Position numbers and translations under genes: made by a program
From: an uncultured Conexibacteraceae bacterium
GTDB lineage: Bacteria; Actinomycetota; Thermoleophilia; Solirubrobacterales; Solirubrobacteraceae
Direction: 5' to 3'
DNA length: 64,000 nucleotides
Assembly (NCBI GenBank): GCA_963832195.1
Contig: CAWHTH010000006.1
Location: 331,974-395,973, forward strand
Notes under the pieces: model-generated
What the model saw: the letters and a program-made list of their open reading frames with translations, nothing else
Databases searched by the model: none
Told to the model about the DNA's origin: nothing
Shown: positions 1-9,029 of the stretch, piece by piece
Layout of the letters: every line of letters begins with the position of its first letter
Numbering within the stretch: the first letter of the stretch is position 1

Positions 1-1199
1 CCCTGGACGCCGGAGTGCCCGCGGATCGGCATCAGGCCGCAGCGCTCGCGCCCGACGAAGCCGCGGGTGAGCGCGAGGTTGACGATCGCGCGCACGTTGT
101 CCTCGCCGCAGACGTGCTGCGTGGTGCCCATCGACCAGACGAAGACCGCCGTCCGCGCGTCGCCGACGAGCTCCGCGAACTCCTCCATCTCGCGCCGCGA
201 CGTTCCCGCGCCCCGCTCGAGCTCCTCCCACCCAACCGCCAGCACCGCGGCCGACACCTCCTCGAAGCCGGTCGTATGTGCATCGACGAACGCCTGGTCC
301 ACCCCGCCGCGCTCGACGAGCGCGCGCAACGCGCCGGTGAAAAAGGCCACGTCGCCGCCGGTGTCGACGGCGAAGAACCGATCCGTTATGCGCGTGCCGA
401 AGAGCGCAGACTCCGGCACGGACGGGATCCAGTAGCGCGCCATGCCCGGCTCGCGATACGGGTTGATGCAGACGACGCGCGTGCCGGCCTTCTTCGCGTA
501 GTGGAGGTACTTCATCGCCACCGGCTGGTTGTTCGCCGGGTTGGCGCCGACGAAGACGATGAGATCCGTCCCGATCCAGTCGCTGTACGAGCACGTCGAG
601 GCGCCGACGCCGAGCGCCTCGCGCAGCCCGTACGTCGACGGCGAGTGGCAGACCCGCGCGGCGTTGTCGATCGAGCCGCAGCCGATCGCGCGCATCGCCT
701 TCTGTGCGGCGTAATAGGACTCGTTCGGCATTCCGCGGCTGGTCAGGAACGCCGCGACGCGATCCGGCGTCGTCGCGCCGATGCGCGCGGCGATCAGGTC
801 CAGCGCGGCGTCCCACTCCAGCGGCTCGAAGCCGGGCTCTCCGCGGCGGCGGAGTGCCGGCCGGGGCAGGCGGCCGAGCCCGCGCAACCCGGCGGCGGTC
901 TTCGATCGCAGCGCCTCGGCGTCCGCGAGCAGGCCGGGGTCGAACGCCCGCATCGTGTTGAGCTCCAAGAGCCGCAGGCGCACGTTGCACAGATGGACCC
1001 CGTCGAGCGTCCAGTCGCGCATGCCGGTCGTGCCCAGCGCGCAGCCGTCGCAGACGCCGTGGCGCAGGATCCGCCACGCGTAGCGCGGCCGGCGGCGGCT
1101 GCGCCACGCCGCGCGCGCCACCTCCGCGTAGTTGTTGGGGCGCTGCTCGCCCAGGCCGAACGGGCGCCGGCTCGCCCACAGGGACGGGGTCCAGCCCAT
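1..1199 (-). CDS. FdhF/YdeP-family molybdopterin oxidoreductase (formate dehydrogenase-like). N-terminal ~400 aa only; the gene continues past the window start.
   Basis: Absent from the ORF track because it runs off the window. My reverse translation from the ATG at 1199 gives MGWTPSLWASRRPFGLGEQRPNNYAEV..CDGCALGTTGMRDW..SRGMPNESYYAAQKAMRAIGCGSIDNAARVCHSPS..IVFVGANPANNQPV..INPYREPG..MGTTQH..MPIRGHSGVQG. This collinear pattern matches YdeP/FdhF-type MopB enzymes. fdhD is divergent from it. Confidence 0.85.
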   Translation of the reverse strand, partial: MGWTPSLWASRRPFGLGEQRPNNYAEVARAAWRSRRRPRYAWRILRHGVCDGCALGTTGMRDWTLDGVHLCNVRLRLLELNTMRAFDPGLLADAEALRSKTAAGLRGLGRLPRPALRRRGEPGFEPLEWDAALDLIAARIGATTPDRVAAFLTSRGMPNESYYAAQKAMRAIGCGSIDNAARVCHSPSTYGLREALGVGASTCSYSDWIGTDLIVFVGANPANNQPVAMKYLHYAKKAGTRVVCINPYREPGMARYWIPSVPESALFGTRITDRFFAVDTGGDVAFFTGALRALVERGGVDQAFVDAHTTGFEEVSAAVLAVGWEELERGAGTSRREMEEFAELVGDARTAVFVWSMGTTQHVCGEDNVRAIVNLALTRGFVGRERCGLMPIRGHSGVQ

Positions 1200-1219
1200 G
1201 GGCTGACGATACTTGCGCC

Positions 1220-1969
1220 ATGCAGATGCACCGCGCTGTGTTGCGCGACGGCGGCGTGAGCGATCGCGTCGCCGTGGAGGAGCCACTCGAGATCCGGGTC
1301 TGCGGCGAGCCGGTCGCCGTAACCATGCGGACCCCCGGGCACGACGAGGAGCTCGCCTGCGGGTTCCTGCACGGCGAGGGCCTGCTGCCCCAGCCGCCGC
1401 GCGCTGTCGGCCCGACCGCGGACCTCGCGGCGAACATCGTCGAGGTCGACGCGGAGCTCCCCCGCACCGTCGCGCAGCGACGCTTCTACACCACGTCGTC
1501 GTGCGGCGTCTGCGGCAAGGGCGCGCTGGAGGAGGTCGCGGTGCACGCGCCGCCGCTGCCGCCGGGGCCGGTCGTGGCGCGCGAGCTGCTCGCATCGCTC
1601 CCCGAGCGGCTGACGCAACCCGCGTTCGCGGCCACCGGAGGGTTGCACGCGACCGGGCTGTTCGACGTGCTTGGTGAATCACTCTGCGTGCGCGAGGACG
1701 TCGGTCGCCACAACGCGCTCGACAAGGTGGTCGGCTGGGCGCTGCTCGGCGGCGCGCTGCCGCTGCACGATCGCGTGCTCTGTGTCTCGGGGCGGCTCGC
1801 GTTCGAGCTCGTGCAGAAGGCCGCCGTCGCGGGCTGCCCGATCCTGGTCGGAGTGGGCGCGCCGACATCGCTGGCGGTCGACCTGGCAGTCGACCGCGGG
1901 ATGACTTTGTGCGGCTTCGCCCGCGCCGGCTCGCTCAACGTTTACGCTGGCGCGGACCGGATCGCCTGA
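1220..1969 (+). CDS. fdhD: Formate dehydrogenase accessory sulfurtransferase FdhD
   Basis: 249 aa ORF with SSCGVCGKGALEEV, REDVGRHNALDKVVGWALL and SGRLAFELVQKAAVAGCPILVGVGAPTSLAV, the hallmark FdhD motifs. Divergent from the molybdoenzyme gene. Confidence 0.92.
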   Translation: MQMHRAVLRDGGVSDRVAVEEPLEIRVCGEPVAVTMRTPGHDEELACGFLHGEGLLPQPPRAVGPTADLAANIVEVDAELPRTVAQRRFYTTSSCGVCGKGALEEVAVHAPPLPPGPVVARELLASLPERLTQPAFAATGGLHATGLFDVLGESLCVREDVGRHNALDKVVGWALLGGALPLHDRVLCVSGRLAFELVQKAAVAGCPILVGVGAPTSLAVDLAVDRGMTLCGFARAGSLNVYAGADRIA

Positions 1970-1979
1970 GGAGGCGGAT

Positions 1980-2765
1980 GTGACGCAGATCGTCTTCGAC
2001 GAGAACATGGCCGCGGGGCTGGAGGTCATCTACAGCAAGCGCGACGTGCTGCGACGCCGCCGGCTGGTCCGCGAGGCGCTCGCCGCGCAGCCCGGCGAGC
2101 GGATCGTCGACGTCGGGTGCGGGCCGGGTTTCTACGTCGCCGAGCTCCTCGAGGAGGTGGGCCCCGACGGCGCAGTCACCGGCATCGACAGCAGCGCGCC
2201 GATGCTCACCATCGCCGCAAAGCGCACGGAGGGCGCGGCCAACGCCGCGCTGCACGAGGGCGCGGCGACGTCGCTGCCCGTGGGCGACGGCGAGTTCGAG
2301 GCGGCGTTGTCGGTGCAGGTTCTCGAGTACGTCGACGATGTGACCGCTGCGCTGAAGGAGATCCACCGCGCGCTGCGACCCGGCGGGCGCGTCGTCATCT
2401 GGGACGTCGACTGGGCGACGGTGTCCTGGCAGTCGGCGGACCAGGAGCGGATGGCAAGGGTGCTGGCGGCGTGGGACAAGCACCTCATCCATCCCTCGCT
2501 TCCCCGCACGCTTGCGGCGCGCCTGCGCAGCGCGGGGTTCGAGGACGTGCGCGCCGAAGGCCACGTGTTCGCGACGATCGAGGCGACCGACGAGTCCTAC
2601 GGCGGTGCGTTCCTGGGCATCATCGAGGGTTACGTGCGCGACCTCGGGGACCCAGAGGCGGCCGTCGTCGACGCCTGGGCGGCCGAGCAGCAAGAGCTCG
2701 CAGGGCGCAACGAGTTCTTCTTCACCGTCACGCAGTTTTGCTTCGCGGCGCGCAAGCCCGGCTAG
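1980..2765 (+). CDS. Class I SAM-dependent methyltransferase
   Basis: 261 aa ORF with SAM-binding motif I IVDVGCGPGFY and post-I/II motifs (LRPGGRVVIWDVDW). Confidence 0.8.
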   Translation: MTQIVFDENMAAGLEVIYSKRDVLRRRRLVREALAAQPGERIVDVGCGPGFYVAELLEEVGPDGAVTGIDSSAPMLTIAAKRTEGAANAALHEGAATSLPVGDGEFEAALSVQVLEYVDDVTAALKEIHRALRPGGRVVIWDVDWATVSWQSADQERMARVLAAWDKHLIHPSLPRTLAARLRSAGFEDVRAEGHVFATIEATDESYGGAFLGIIEGYVRDLGDPEAAVVDAWAAEQQELAGRNEFFFTVTQFCFAARKPG

Positions 2766-3511
2766 AGCGCGGCGACGAGCGCCTCGAGCTCGGCCACTAC
2801 GTCCCCGTCGAGCTTGACCGCGGCGTGCGAGTCCCACGGCGTCGGGCCCGCCGTCACGATCGCGACTTGGCCGCCGGCCTGGCGCGTGACGCCTGGCAGC
2901 TGCGCGATCGGGTGGACCTCGAGCGACGAGCCGACGCACAGGAGCAGGTCGGCGGCCGCCGCCAGACCGTAAGCGCGCTCGAGCGCGTCCTCGGGCAGCC
3001 ACTCGCCGAAGAGCACGACATCCGGTTTCAGCGGCTCCCCGCAGTCGCAGCCCGGCACGCTGATCTCCGACTCTGCAAAGCGCGCACGCACCTCATCGAG
3101 CGGGTATCGCGAGCCGCAGTCGAGGCACGACGACGTCTCGATCGTCCCGTGCACCTCGATCAGCTCGCGCGTGCCGGCCTTGCGGTGCAGGCGGTCGATG
3201 TTCTGCGTGATGACGGCGTCGAGTTTGCCGCGCTGCTCGAGCTCTACCAGCGCGAAGTGCGCGCCGTTGGGCTCCTTGGCCTCGAGCGACTGGAAGCGCG
3301 AGCCGTAGAAGTGCCAGAAGCGCTCGGGGTCGGCGCGCCAGGCATCGATGTGCGCGACCTCCATCGGGTCGACGTTCTCCCACAGGCCGCTCCCGGGCGA
3401 GCGGAAGTCGGGGATGCCCGACGGCACCGAGATGCCGGCGCCCGTCAGGGCGACGACCGAGTCTGCGGCGCGAACGAGGTCCGCGAGTTCCTCGACCCGC
3501 GCCGCGATCAC
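2762..3511 (-). CDS. Sir2-family NAD-dependent protein deacylase
   Basis: C-terminal 250 codons of ORF 2762..4225 read GAGISVPSGIPDFRS, QNIDRLHRKAG, HGT..SSCLDCG..CDCGEPLKPDVVLFGE (Zn ribbon). The GTG at 3511 is in frame and overlaps the upstream stop as GTGA. The N-terminal remainder of the listed ORF is Arg/Ala-rich shadow sequence. Confidence 0.88.
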   Translation of the reverse strand: MIAARVEELADLVRAADSVVALTGAGISVPSGIPDFRSPGSGLWENVDPMEVAHIDAWRADPERFWHFYGSRFQSLEAKEPNGAHFALVELEQRGKLDAVITQNIDRLHRKAGTRELIEVHGTIETSSCLDCGSRYPLDEVRARFAESEISVPGCDCGEPLKPDVVLFGEWLPEDALERAYGLAAAADLLLCVGSSLEVHPIAQLPGVTRQAGGQVAIVTAGPTPWDSHAAVKLDGDVVAELEALVAAL

Positions 3512-5508
3512 TTCCCCTTCCACTCCGGCTTGCGCTTCGCCAGGAACGCGCCGATCCCCTCGCGGCCGTCCTCGCTGAAGAACACCGTCGCGAAGCCCTG
3601 CTTCTCGGCCTCGATGCCGGCGTCGAGGTCGCCGTTGCCGCTGACCTGCTTGATCTGCTGGACGGCGAGCGGCGCCTGCTCGGCGAGCTTGCGCGCCCAC
3701 GCCAGCGCGGTGTCGAGCAGCTCGTGATCGTCGACCACAGCGTTGACGAGGCCGAACTCGTAGGCCTCCTCGGCCGCGACCGGGTCGCCGACGAGGTTCA
3801 TCTCGAGGGCCTTGTTGTGGCCGACGAGCCGCGGCAGGCGCTGCGTGCCACCGAAGCCGGGGATGATCCCCAGCTTGATCTCGGGCTGGCCGAACAGGGC
3901 CGAGCGCGCGGCGATGCGCACATCGCACGCCATCGCCAGCTCGCAGCCGCCGCCGAACGCGAGGCCGTTGACCGCCGCGATCGTCACGACGCTGCTGCCG
4001 CCGAAGTCGCGCAGGAGCGCGTGGCACTTGTCGATCAGCTCGGCGCCGCCCGCCTCGTCCATCTGGGTGAACGCCTTGATGTCGGCGCCCGCCGAGTAGA
4101 GGAACGGATTGGACGACGCGATCACGAGCGCGCGCGCGCCGTCGGCCTGCACCTTCTCCCAGACCTTGTGGAGATCCCTCACCACGTCGGGGGAGATCGC
4201 GTTCATCTGGCCATTGGCAAGCCACGCGATCGCGATGTCGCCACGGGACTCGAGCTTGATCACCTCGCCGGGCTGCTCGTCGTCGGCCTGCGGGTAGGCG
4301 TAGAAGCCCTGACCGCTCTTCTGACCGAGCCGTCCCTGGGCGACCAGGCGCTTGAGCACCGTCGGCGGCGCGAAGTGCTCGCCGTGCTTCTCATGGGCGT
4401 TCTCGAGCCGCTCGAGCACGCCGTCCAGGCCCTCGGTGTCGGCGCGCAGGAACGGCGGCAGGAGGCCGCGGCGAGGGTCGAGCCCGGCGCCGGCCATCAT
4501 CCCGAAGTCGATGTCGCGGTGGGTGGCGACGCCCTCCTCGAGCACCAGGCAGGCCTCGACGAACGTCTTGAGCATCATCATCTCGACGAGCTCGTCGATG
4601 TCCGGGTCGGCGTCGCCCTCGATGTTGGAATTCCCCTCGGGGTCGTAGAACCCGTCGCCGCCCGTCTTGGCGCCGAGCTTGCCCTCCTCGACGAGCTTCT
4701 GCATCCCCTTCGGCACGTAGAAGCGGTCGCCGTAAGCCTCCTCGAGATGCTCGGCGACGTGGAGCACCGTGTCGAGCCCGAGCAGGTTGATCAGGAAGTA
4801 CGGGCCCATCGGCAGGACGTTCTTGCCGCCGATCCCCTCGTCGATCTTCTTGATCGAGAGGCCCTTCTCTTCCTGCTCGCGCCAGATCTCGGCGCTGCCC
4901 GAGTTGAGGATCCGGTTGACGACGAACCCCGGGACCTCGGCGCACGTGATCGGCTGCTTGCGGATCGCCTGCGCGAACGTGATCGCCGCCTGCAGGGTCT
5001 CGCCCGACGTCTCGTCGCCCTCGACGATCTCGATGAGCGGCATGATCGACGCCGGATAGAAGTAGTGGAAGCCGACGACCTTGTCGGGGCGGAGCGTCGC
5101 GTCGCCGATCTCGGTGATCGACAGCGACGACGTGTTCGACGCCAGGATCGCGTGGCCGGGCGTGGCCGCGTCGAGCTCCGCGAAGACTGCCTGCTTGATC
5201 TCCATGCGCTCGGGCACGGCCTCGATCACGAAGTCGACGTCGCCGAAGCCGTCGTACGTGGTCGTGGGCTTGATGCGCCCGACGATCTCCGCGACCTCCT
5301 TCTCGCCGTCCTCCTCGGACAGCTTGCCCTTCTCGACGAGCTTGCCGACCTGGCCCTTCGTGACGTTCGTGGCCTCCTCGATGCCGGCGTCGACGAACTT
5401 CTGCTCGACGTCCTTGAGGACGACATCGAATCCAGCGGCGGCGATCGTCTGCGCGATCTGGCCGCCCATAGTTCCGGCGCCGACGACGGCGGCCTTGAAG
5501 ACGAACAT
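3508..5508 (-). CDS. Fused 3-hydroxyacyl-CoA dehydrogenase (N-terminal) / enoyl-CoA hydratase (C-terminal)
   Basis: 666 aa. Rossmann motif VVGAGTMGGQIAQ at the N-terminus. Crotonase motif AAVNGLAFGGGCELAMACDVRIAA..FGQPEIKLGIIPGFGGTQRLPRLVG in the C-terminal third. Confidence 0.93.
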   Translation of the reverse strand: MFVFKAAVVGAGTMGGQIAQTIAAAGFDVVLKDVEQKFVDAGIEEATNVTKGQVGKLVEKGKLSEEDGEKEVAEIVGRIKPTTTYDGFGDVDFVIEAVPERMEIKQAVFAELDAATPGHAILASNTSSLSITEIGDATLRPDKVVGFHYFYPASIMPLIEIVEGDETSGETLQAAITFAQAIRKQPITCAEVPGFVVNRILNSGSAEIWREQEEKGLSIKKIDEGIGGKNVLPMGPYFLINLLGLDTVLHVAEHLEEAYGDRFYVPKGMQKLVEEGKLGAKTGGDGFYDPEGNSNIEGDADPDIDELVEMMMLKTFVEACLVLEEGVATHRDIDFGMMAGAGLDPRRGLLPPFLRADTEGLDGVLERLENAHEKHGEHFAPPTVLKRLVAQGRLGQKSGQGFYAYPQADDEQPGEVIKLESRGDIAIAWLANGQMNAISPDVVRDLHKVWEKVQADGARALVIASSNPFLYSAGADIKAFTQMDEAGGAELIDKCHALLRDFGGSSVVTIAAVNGLAFGGGCELAMACDVRIAARSALFGQPEIKLGIIPGFGGTQRLPRLVGHNKALEMNLVGDPVAAEEAYEFGLVNAVVDDHELLDTALAWARKLAEQAPLAVQQIKQVSGNGDLDAGIEAEKQGFATVFFSEDGREGIGAFLAKRKPEWKGK

Positions 5509-5551
5509 GCGGCTCCTTCGTGACGGAGGGGAGGGCGCGGAACTCTAGCCG

Positions 5552-6010
5552 TCACCAGCCCTCGGCGTCCGCCTGCAGCTCGCGGCGGAAGCGCGTGAGC
5601 GTGCGCCGCAGCGAGTCGCGCATCGGGCGGCGCACGAAGAGGAAGTCGACGACGGGCTTCACGCCGCGGTCCTGCTTGATCTCGTACTCGAGCGTGAGCG
5701 TGATGCGACAGCCCTCGTCGCGCGGCTCGAATGCGACGCGCTGGGTCCCGCGCATGCGCTCATCCTCGACCGCGACCGTCTGGCCGGCGCGCGGCTCGTA
5801 GGCGAGCACCTGCTCGATCACGCGGCCGCGGCCCCCGGGCTTCGAATCCCACAGCAGCCGCGCGCCCTCTTCCTGGGGCCAGCCCTCCTCGATCTTCGAG
5901 ACGTGCGCGAGGCCGTCGACGAACGCCGGCCAGCGGCGCGTGTCATACCAGAGCGCCTCCGCCGTGCTTGCGAGCTGCGCGACCGTGACGCTGACCTGGA
6001 CCCGGCCCAT
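5552..6010 (-). CDS. SRPBCC-family (polyketide cyclase/dehydrase-like) protein
   Basis: In-frame ATG at 6010 gives MGRVQVSVTV..ALWYDTRRWPAFVDGLAHV.., typical of SRPBCC proteins. It lies 2 nt downstream of the PadR stop, a common PadR/SRPBCC pairing. Confidence 0.7.
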   Translation of the reverse strand: MGRVQVSVTVAQLASTAEALWYDTRRWPAFVDGLAHVSKIEEGWPQEEGARLLWDSKPGGRGRVIEQVLAYEPRAGQTVAVEDERMRGTQRVAFEPRDEGCRITLTLEYEIKQDRGVKPVVDFLFVRRPMRDSLRRTLTRFRRELQADAEGW

Positions 6011-6012
6011 GG

Positions 6013-6456
6013 CTAGAGCCCAAGCTCGTCGCGCACACGTTCGAGCGCCGTTGCGATCGCATCCAGGCGCGGGGCGATCTCCGCGCGCAGTCGCTCGCAT
6101 TCGCCGCGCCCGCCTGGGGTCAGCCGGTAGAAGCGCCGCGATCGCCGCTCCGGATGCTCCCACTCCCCCGCGATCAGGCCTTCGGACTCGAGGCGGCGCA
6201 GCAGCGGGTACATCGTGTTCGGGTTGACCGCGAGCTGCCCGCCGCTGATCTGGGCGACGCGCTCCATCAGCTGGTTGCCGTACGAGGGGTCCTTCGCGAG
6301 CAGGTGCAGCACGAGCAGCCGCAGCAGGCCGGCACGGCGTAGCTCGCCGATCACCGGGTCTGCGGACCCGGGACCCGGCGGCGCCCCGGCCGCTGCGCGC
6401 GCCGCATCGAGCGGCGCGGCCTCGGCGACGGCCTCCTCCGTGCGTCGGCGCTCCAC
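6013..6456 (-). CDS. PadR-family transcriptional regulator
   Basis: 147 aa with LLRLLVLHLLAKDPSYGNQLMERV..NPNTMYPLLRRLESEGLI..RRFYRLTPGG, the PadR winged-helix signature. Confidence 0.88.
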   Translation of the reverse strand: MERRRTEEAVAEAAPLDAARAAAGAPPGPGSADPVIGELRRAGLLRLLVLHLLAKDPSYGNQLMERVAQISGGQLAVNPNTMYPLLRRLESEGLIAGEWEHPERRSRRFYRLTPGGRGECERLRAEIAPRLDAIATALERVRDELGL

Positions 6457-6473
6457 CTGCCTAGTATGGCTGC

Positions 6474-6884
6474 GTGCTCAGTCGTGTCGCGCTGCTCGCC
6501 GCCGTGGTGCTCGTCGGGTGCGGCTCCGACGACGATAAGCAGACCACGCCGGCGCCGGCGCCGCGGGTCGTGTCGGGGACGCTCGACCTCGAGCGGCCGC
6601 CGCCGGGCGCGCCGGATGCGGGAACGGCCGGCGGGCACCAGGCGCCGGATGCGGTCGCGACGACCGCGCGCTCGACGTTGCGCTTCCGTGGCCGGCTGCG
6701 ACCGCCGGACGCGATCGTGTGGATGCGCCATCGCGGCGGCGGCCGGGTCGTGATGGAGGAGGACGGCCGCTTCACGGTCGAGCTGCGCGGGCTGCGGCCG
6801 GGCGCGAACCGCGTGCTGCTCGAGGGCCGCCTGCGCGGCCTGCGCCGCTGGCGCGCCGAGGTCAGCGTGACCCGGACGCGCTGA
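6474..6884 (+). CDS. Putative lipoprotein, unknown function
   Basis: 136 aa. Signal peptide with lipobox (MLSRVALLAAVVLVGC). No recognisable domain. Confidence 0.55.
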   Translation: MLSRVALLAAVVLVGCGSDDDKQTTPAPAPRVVSGTLDLERPPPGAPDAGTAGGHQAPDAVATTARSTLRFRGRLRPPDAIVWMRHRGGGRVVMEEDGRFTVELRGLRPGANRVLLEGRLRGLRRWRAEVSVTRTR

Positions 6885-7665
6885 GCTGCGCGGCCACGGC
6901 GCGCGCCTCGGCCTCGTCGAGGAACGCGCGCAGCGCGACGGCGCGATGGTCGTCGTCGAACGTCCAGACCTGGAAGACCTCGATCTCCGCGGGGACCTCG
7001 CCGCGCCGGCCCCGCCCGGCGATCCGGTAGCGGACGAACACGCCGTCGCCCGCGGGCTCGCACTCCAGCGACTCGAACTGAATGCCCTCGAAGTCGTCGA
7101 ACCAGCGCCGGACGACCTCGGATCCACGGGCCGTGCCCCGCAGCACGCCGATGTCGGGCATCACCCCGCGGTAGTCCACCTCGATGTCGGGGTCCATCAT
7201 CGCGTTCGACGCTTCGTAGTCACGGCGCTGGAACGCTCGCTGATGCGCCTCGACGAGCGCCACGTTCAGCGTCGGGTGGCCGAGGGCCTGCGCGGCCTCG
7301 TCGAGCGTCTCGTGGAACGAATAGGCGGCGATCAGACCGTCCCGAACGCGGGTGGCCTGCGCGCCACGCCACTCGACGTCGGCTCCGCTCAGCTGGCCTC
7401 GCAGTCTCAACGTCACGTCGGCGACCGCGCCCGCGTCGACCACGAACACCCGCTCCACGTCGGCGGAGAACTCGGACCACCGCTCGACCGACTCGGTCGC
7501 CCAGCGGCGAACACCCTCGTGGCCCGTATACGAATCGTTCGGATCCGCGATGCGAGAGACGATCGTGAACTCGACGTCGTCGGTGCACAAGGGAATGAAG
7601 TCCTCGGCATTGCGCGAAGCTGCAATCGCCCAGGCGCGACGGATGAGCTCCTCGGTCGGGTGCAT
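6862..7665 (-). CDS. Tandem NTF2-like (SnoaL/ketosteroid-isomerase-like) domain protein
   Basis: 267 aa. Two consecutive roughly 125-aa units, each with the pattern ..F....DDVEF.......Y.GHEGVRRW....... of SnoaL-like domains. Confidence 0.7.
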   Translation of the reverse strand: MHPTEELIRRAWAIAASRNAEDFIPLCTDDVEFTIVSRIADPNDSYTGHEGVRRWATESVERWSEFSADVERVFVVDAGAVADVTLRLRGQLSGADVEWRGAQATRVRDGLIAAYSFHETLDEAAQALGHPTLNVALVEAHQRAFQRRDYEASNAMMDPDIEVDYRGVMPDIGVLRGTARGSEVVRRWFDDFEGIQFESLECEPAGDGVFVRYRIAGRGRRGEVPAEIEVFQVWTFDDDHRAVALRAFLDEAEARAVAAQLSASGSR

Positions 7666-7667
7666 GC

Positions 7668-9002
7668 CTACAACCCCAGCGGCGCCCGTTCCGGGCGCGC
7701 CACGCCCTCGGCAACCGCGGCGTCGCGGACCGCGATCGCGACCTGCTCGTGCACGTTGCGGTCCAGGGCGTCCGGCACGAGCGTGGACTCCAATGTCAAA
7801 TTTGCGATCGCATTCGCCGCGGCGAGCTTCATCCCGGTCGTGATCTGGTCGGCGCCTGCCATCAGCGCGCCGCGGAAGATGCCGGGGTAGCCGAGCACAT
7901 TGTTGACGGATGTGCCGTCCGCCGCGAACGCCGCGCCCGCGGCGACCGCCGCGGCGGGCTCGATCTCGGGGTACGGGTTCGTCAGCGCGAGGATCACCTG
8001 GCCCGCGCGTATCTGCGCCGGCTCGATCAGCCCGGCGCGGCCGGTGGTTGCCACGAGCACGTCCGCCTGCGCGATCACGTCGTCAAGCGCGGCCACGTCG
8101 ATCCCGTGCGCGAGCGCGCGCGCGTGGCTGCGCTCGTCGGGGTCGAACGCGACGACGCGCGCGGCGCCGCCGTCGCGCATCAGCGCGGCGATGCCGAAGC
8201 CCGCCGCGCCGAGGCCGAGCTGGCCGACCGTCGCCTCACCGAACGCGCGGCCGACCTGGCGGCAGGCTGCCAGCGCCGCTGCGAGCGTGACCACCGCCGT
8301 CCCGTGGACGTCGTCGTGCATCACGGGCTGCGGAAGCGCGTCGATCAGGCGCCGCTCGATGTCGAAGCACGCCGGCGCCGATATGTCCTCGAGGTGGATG
8401 CCCGCGAACGTCGGCGCGATGCGGGTGACGGTGTCGACGAACTCGTCCGGGTCCTCGGTGTCGACGAGCAGCGGCATGGCCGAGATGCCGGCGAACTGCC
8501 GGTAGAAGACCGCCTTGCCCTCCATGACCGGCATCGAGGCGACCGCGCCGATGTTGCCGAGGCCGAGCACGCGCGTCCCGTTCGTGACGACCGCGACCGT
8601 GCGTCCGATCAGCGTGTAGCGCGAAGCGAGGTCGGGGTTCTCGGCGATCGCGGTGCAGATGCGCGCCACGCCGGGCGTGTACACGTCGCGCATCTCCTGC
8701 ACCGTCGAGACGGGACTGATCGCGTTGATGATCAGCTTGCCGCCCTCGTGGCGCATGAATGCGCGGTCGTGATGCCACAGCACCTTCACGCCTTCTAGCT
8801 CGTTCAGGTCGCTCGCGATGTCCCAGGCCTGCGAGAGGTCCACGACCTCGACGGTGATCTCGCGCAGCGATGCGTCGGGCCCGAGGCTGACCGTGGTGAT
8901 GTCGCCGATCAGCCCCTGGTGCTCCGCGATCGCACCCGCGACGCGGGCCAGCTGCCCGGGCCGGTGCGGGATCTGAACGCGGTACGTGACATCGAGCGGC
9001 AT
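7668..9002 (-). CDS. NAD(P)-dependent malic enzyme with N-terminal ACT domain
   Basis: 444 aa. ACT-like N-terminus (VQIPHRPGQLARVAGAIAEH), then malic enzyme motifs VVTNGTRVLGLGNIG, PVMEGKAVFY, HDDVHGTAVV, GLGAAGFG. Confidence 0.9.
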   Translation of the reverse strand: MPLDVTYRVQIPHRPGQLARVAGAIAEHQGLIGDITTVSLGPDASLREITVEVVDLSQAWDIASDLNELEGVKVLWHHDRAFMRHEGGKLIINAISPVSTVQEMRDVYTPGVARICTAIAENPDLASRYTLIGRTVAVVTNGTRVLGLGNIGAVASMPVMEGKAVFYRQFAGISAMPLLVDTEDPDEFVDTVTRIAPTFAGIHLEDISAPACFDIERRLIDALPQPVMHDDVHGTAVVTLAAALAACRQVGRAFGEATVGQLGLGAAGFGIAALMRDGGAARVVAFDPDERSHARALAHGIDVAALDDVIAQADVLVATTGRAGLIEPAQIRAGQVILALTNPYPEIEPAAAVAAGAAFAADGTSVNNVLGYPGIFRGALMAGADQITTGMKLAAANAIANLTLESTLVPDALDRNVHEQVAIAVRDAAVAEGVARPERAPLGL

Positions 9003-9029
9003 GCCGTGGCGAGCCTATCCGGGGAGCGC

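Noticed and set aside
15-1259. Long plus-strand ORF (414 aa) and many similar long ORFs in the track (for example 2117-3727 +, 3724-5523 +, 16074-18203 -, 21510-24296 +, 37170-38387 +, 62463-63986 -)
   Set aside because: Their products are Arg/Ala/Pro/Gly-rich with no motifs, and they lie antisense or out of frame to ORFs with clear family signatures. These are typical shadow ORFs of very GC-rich DNA.
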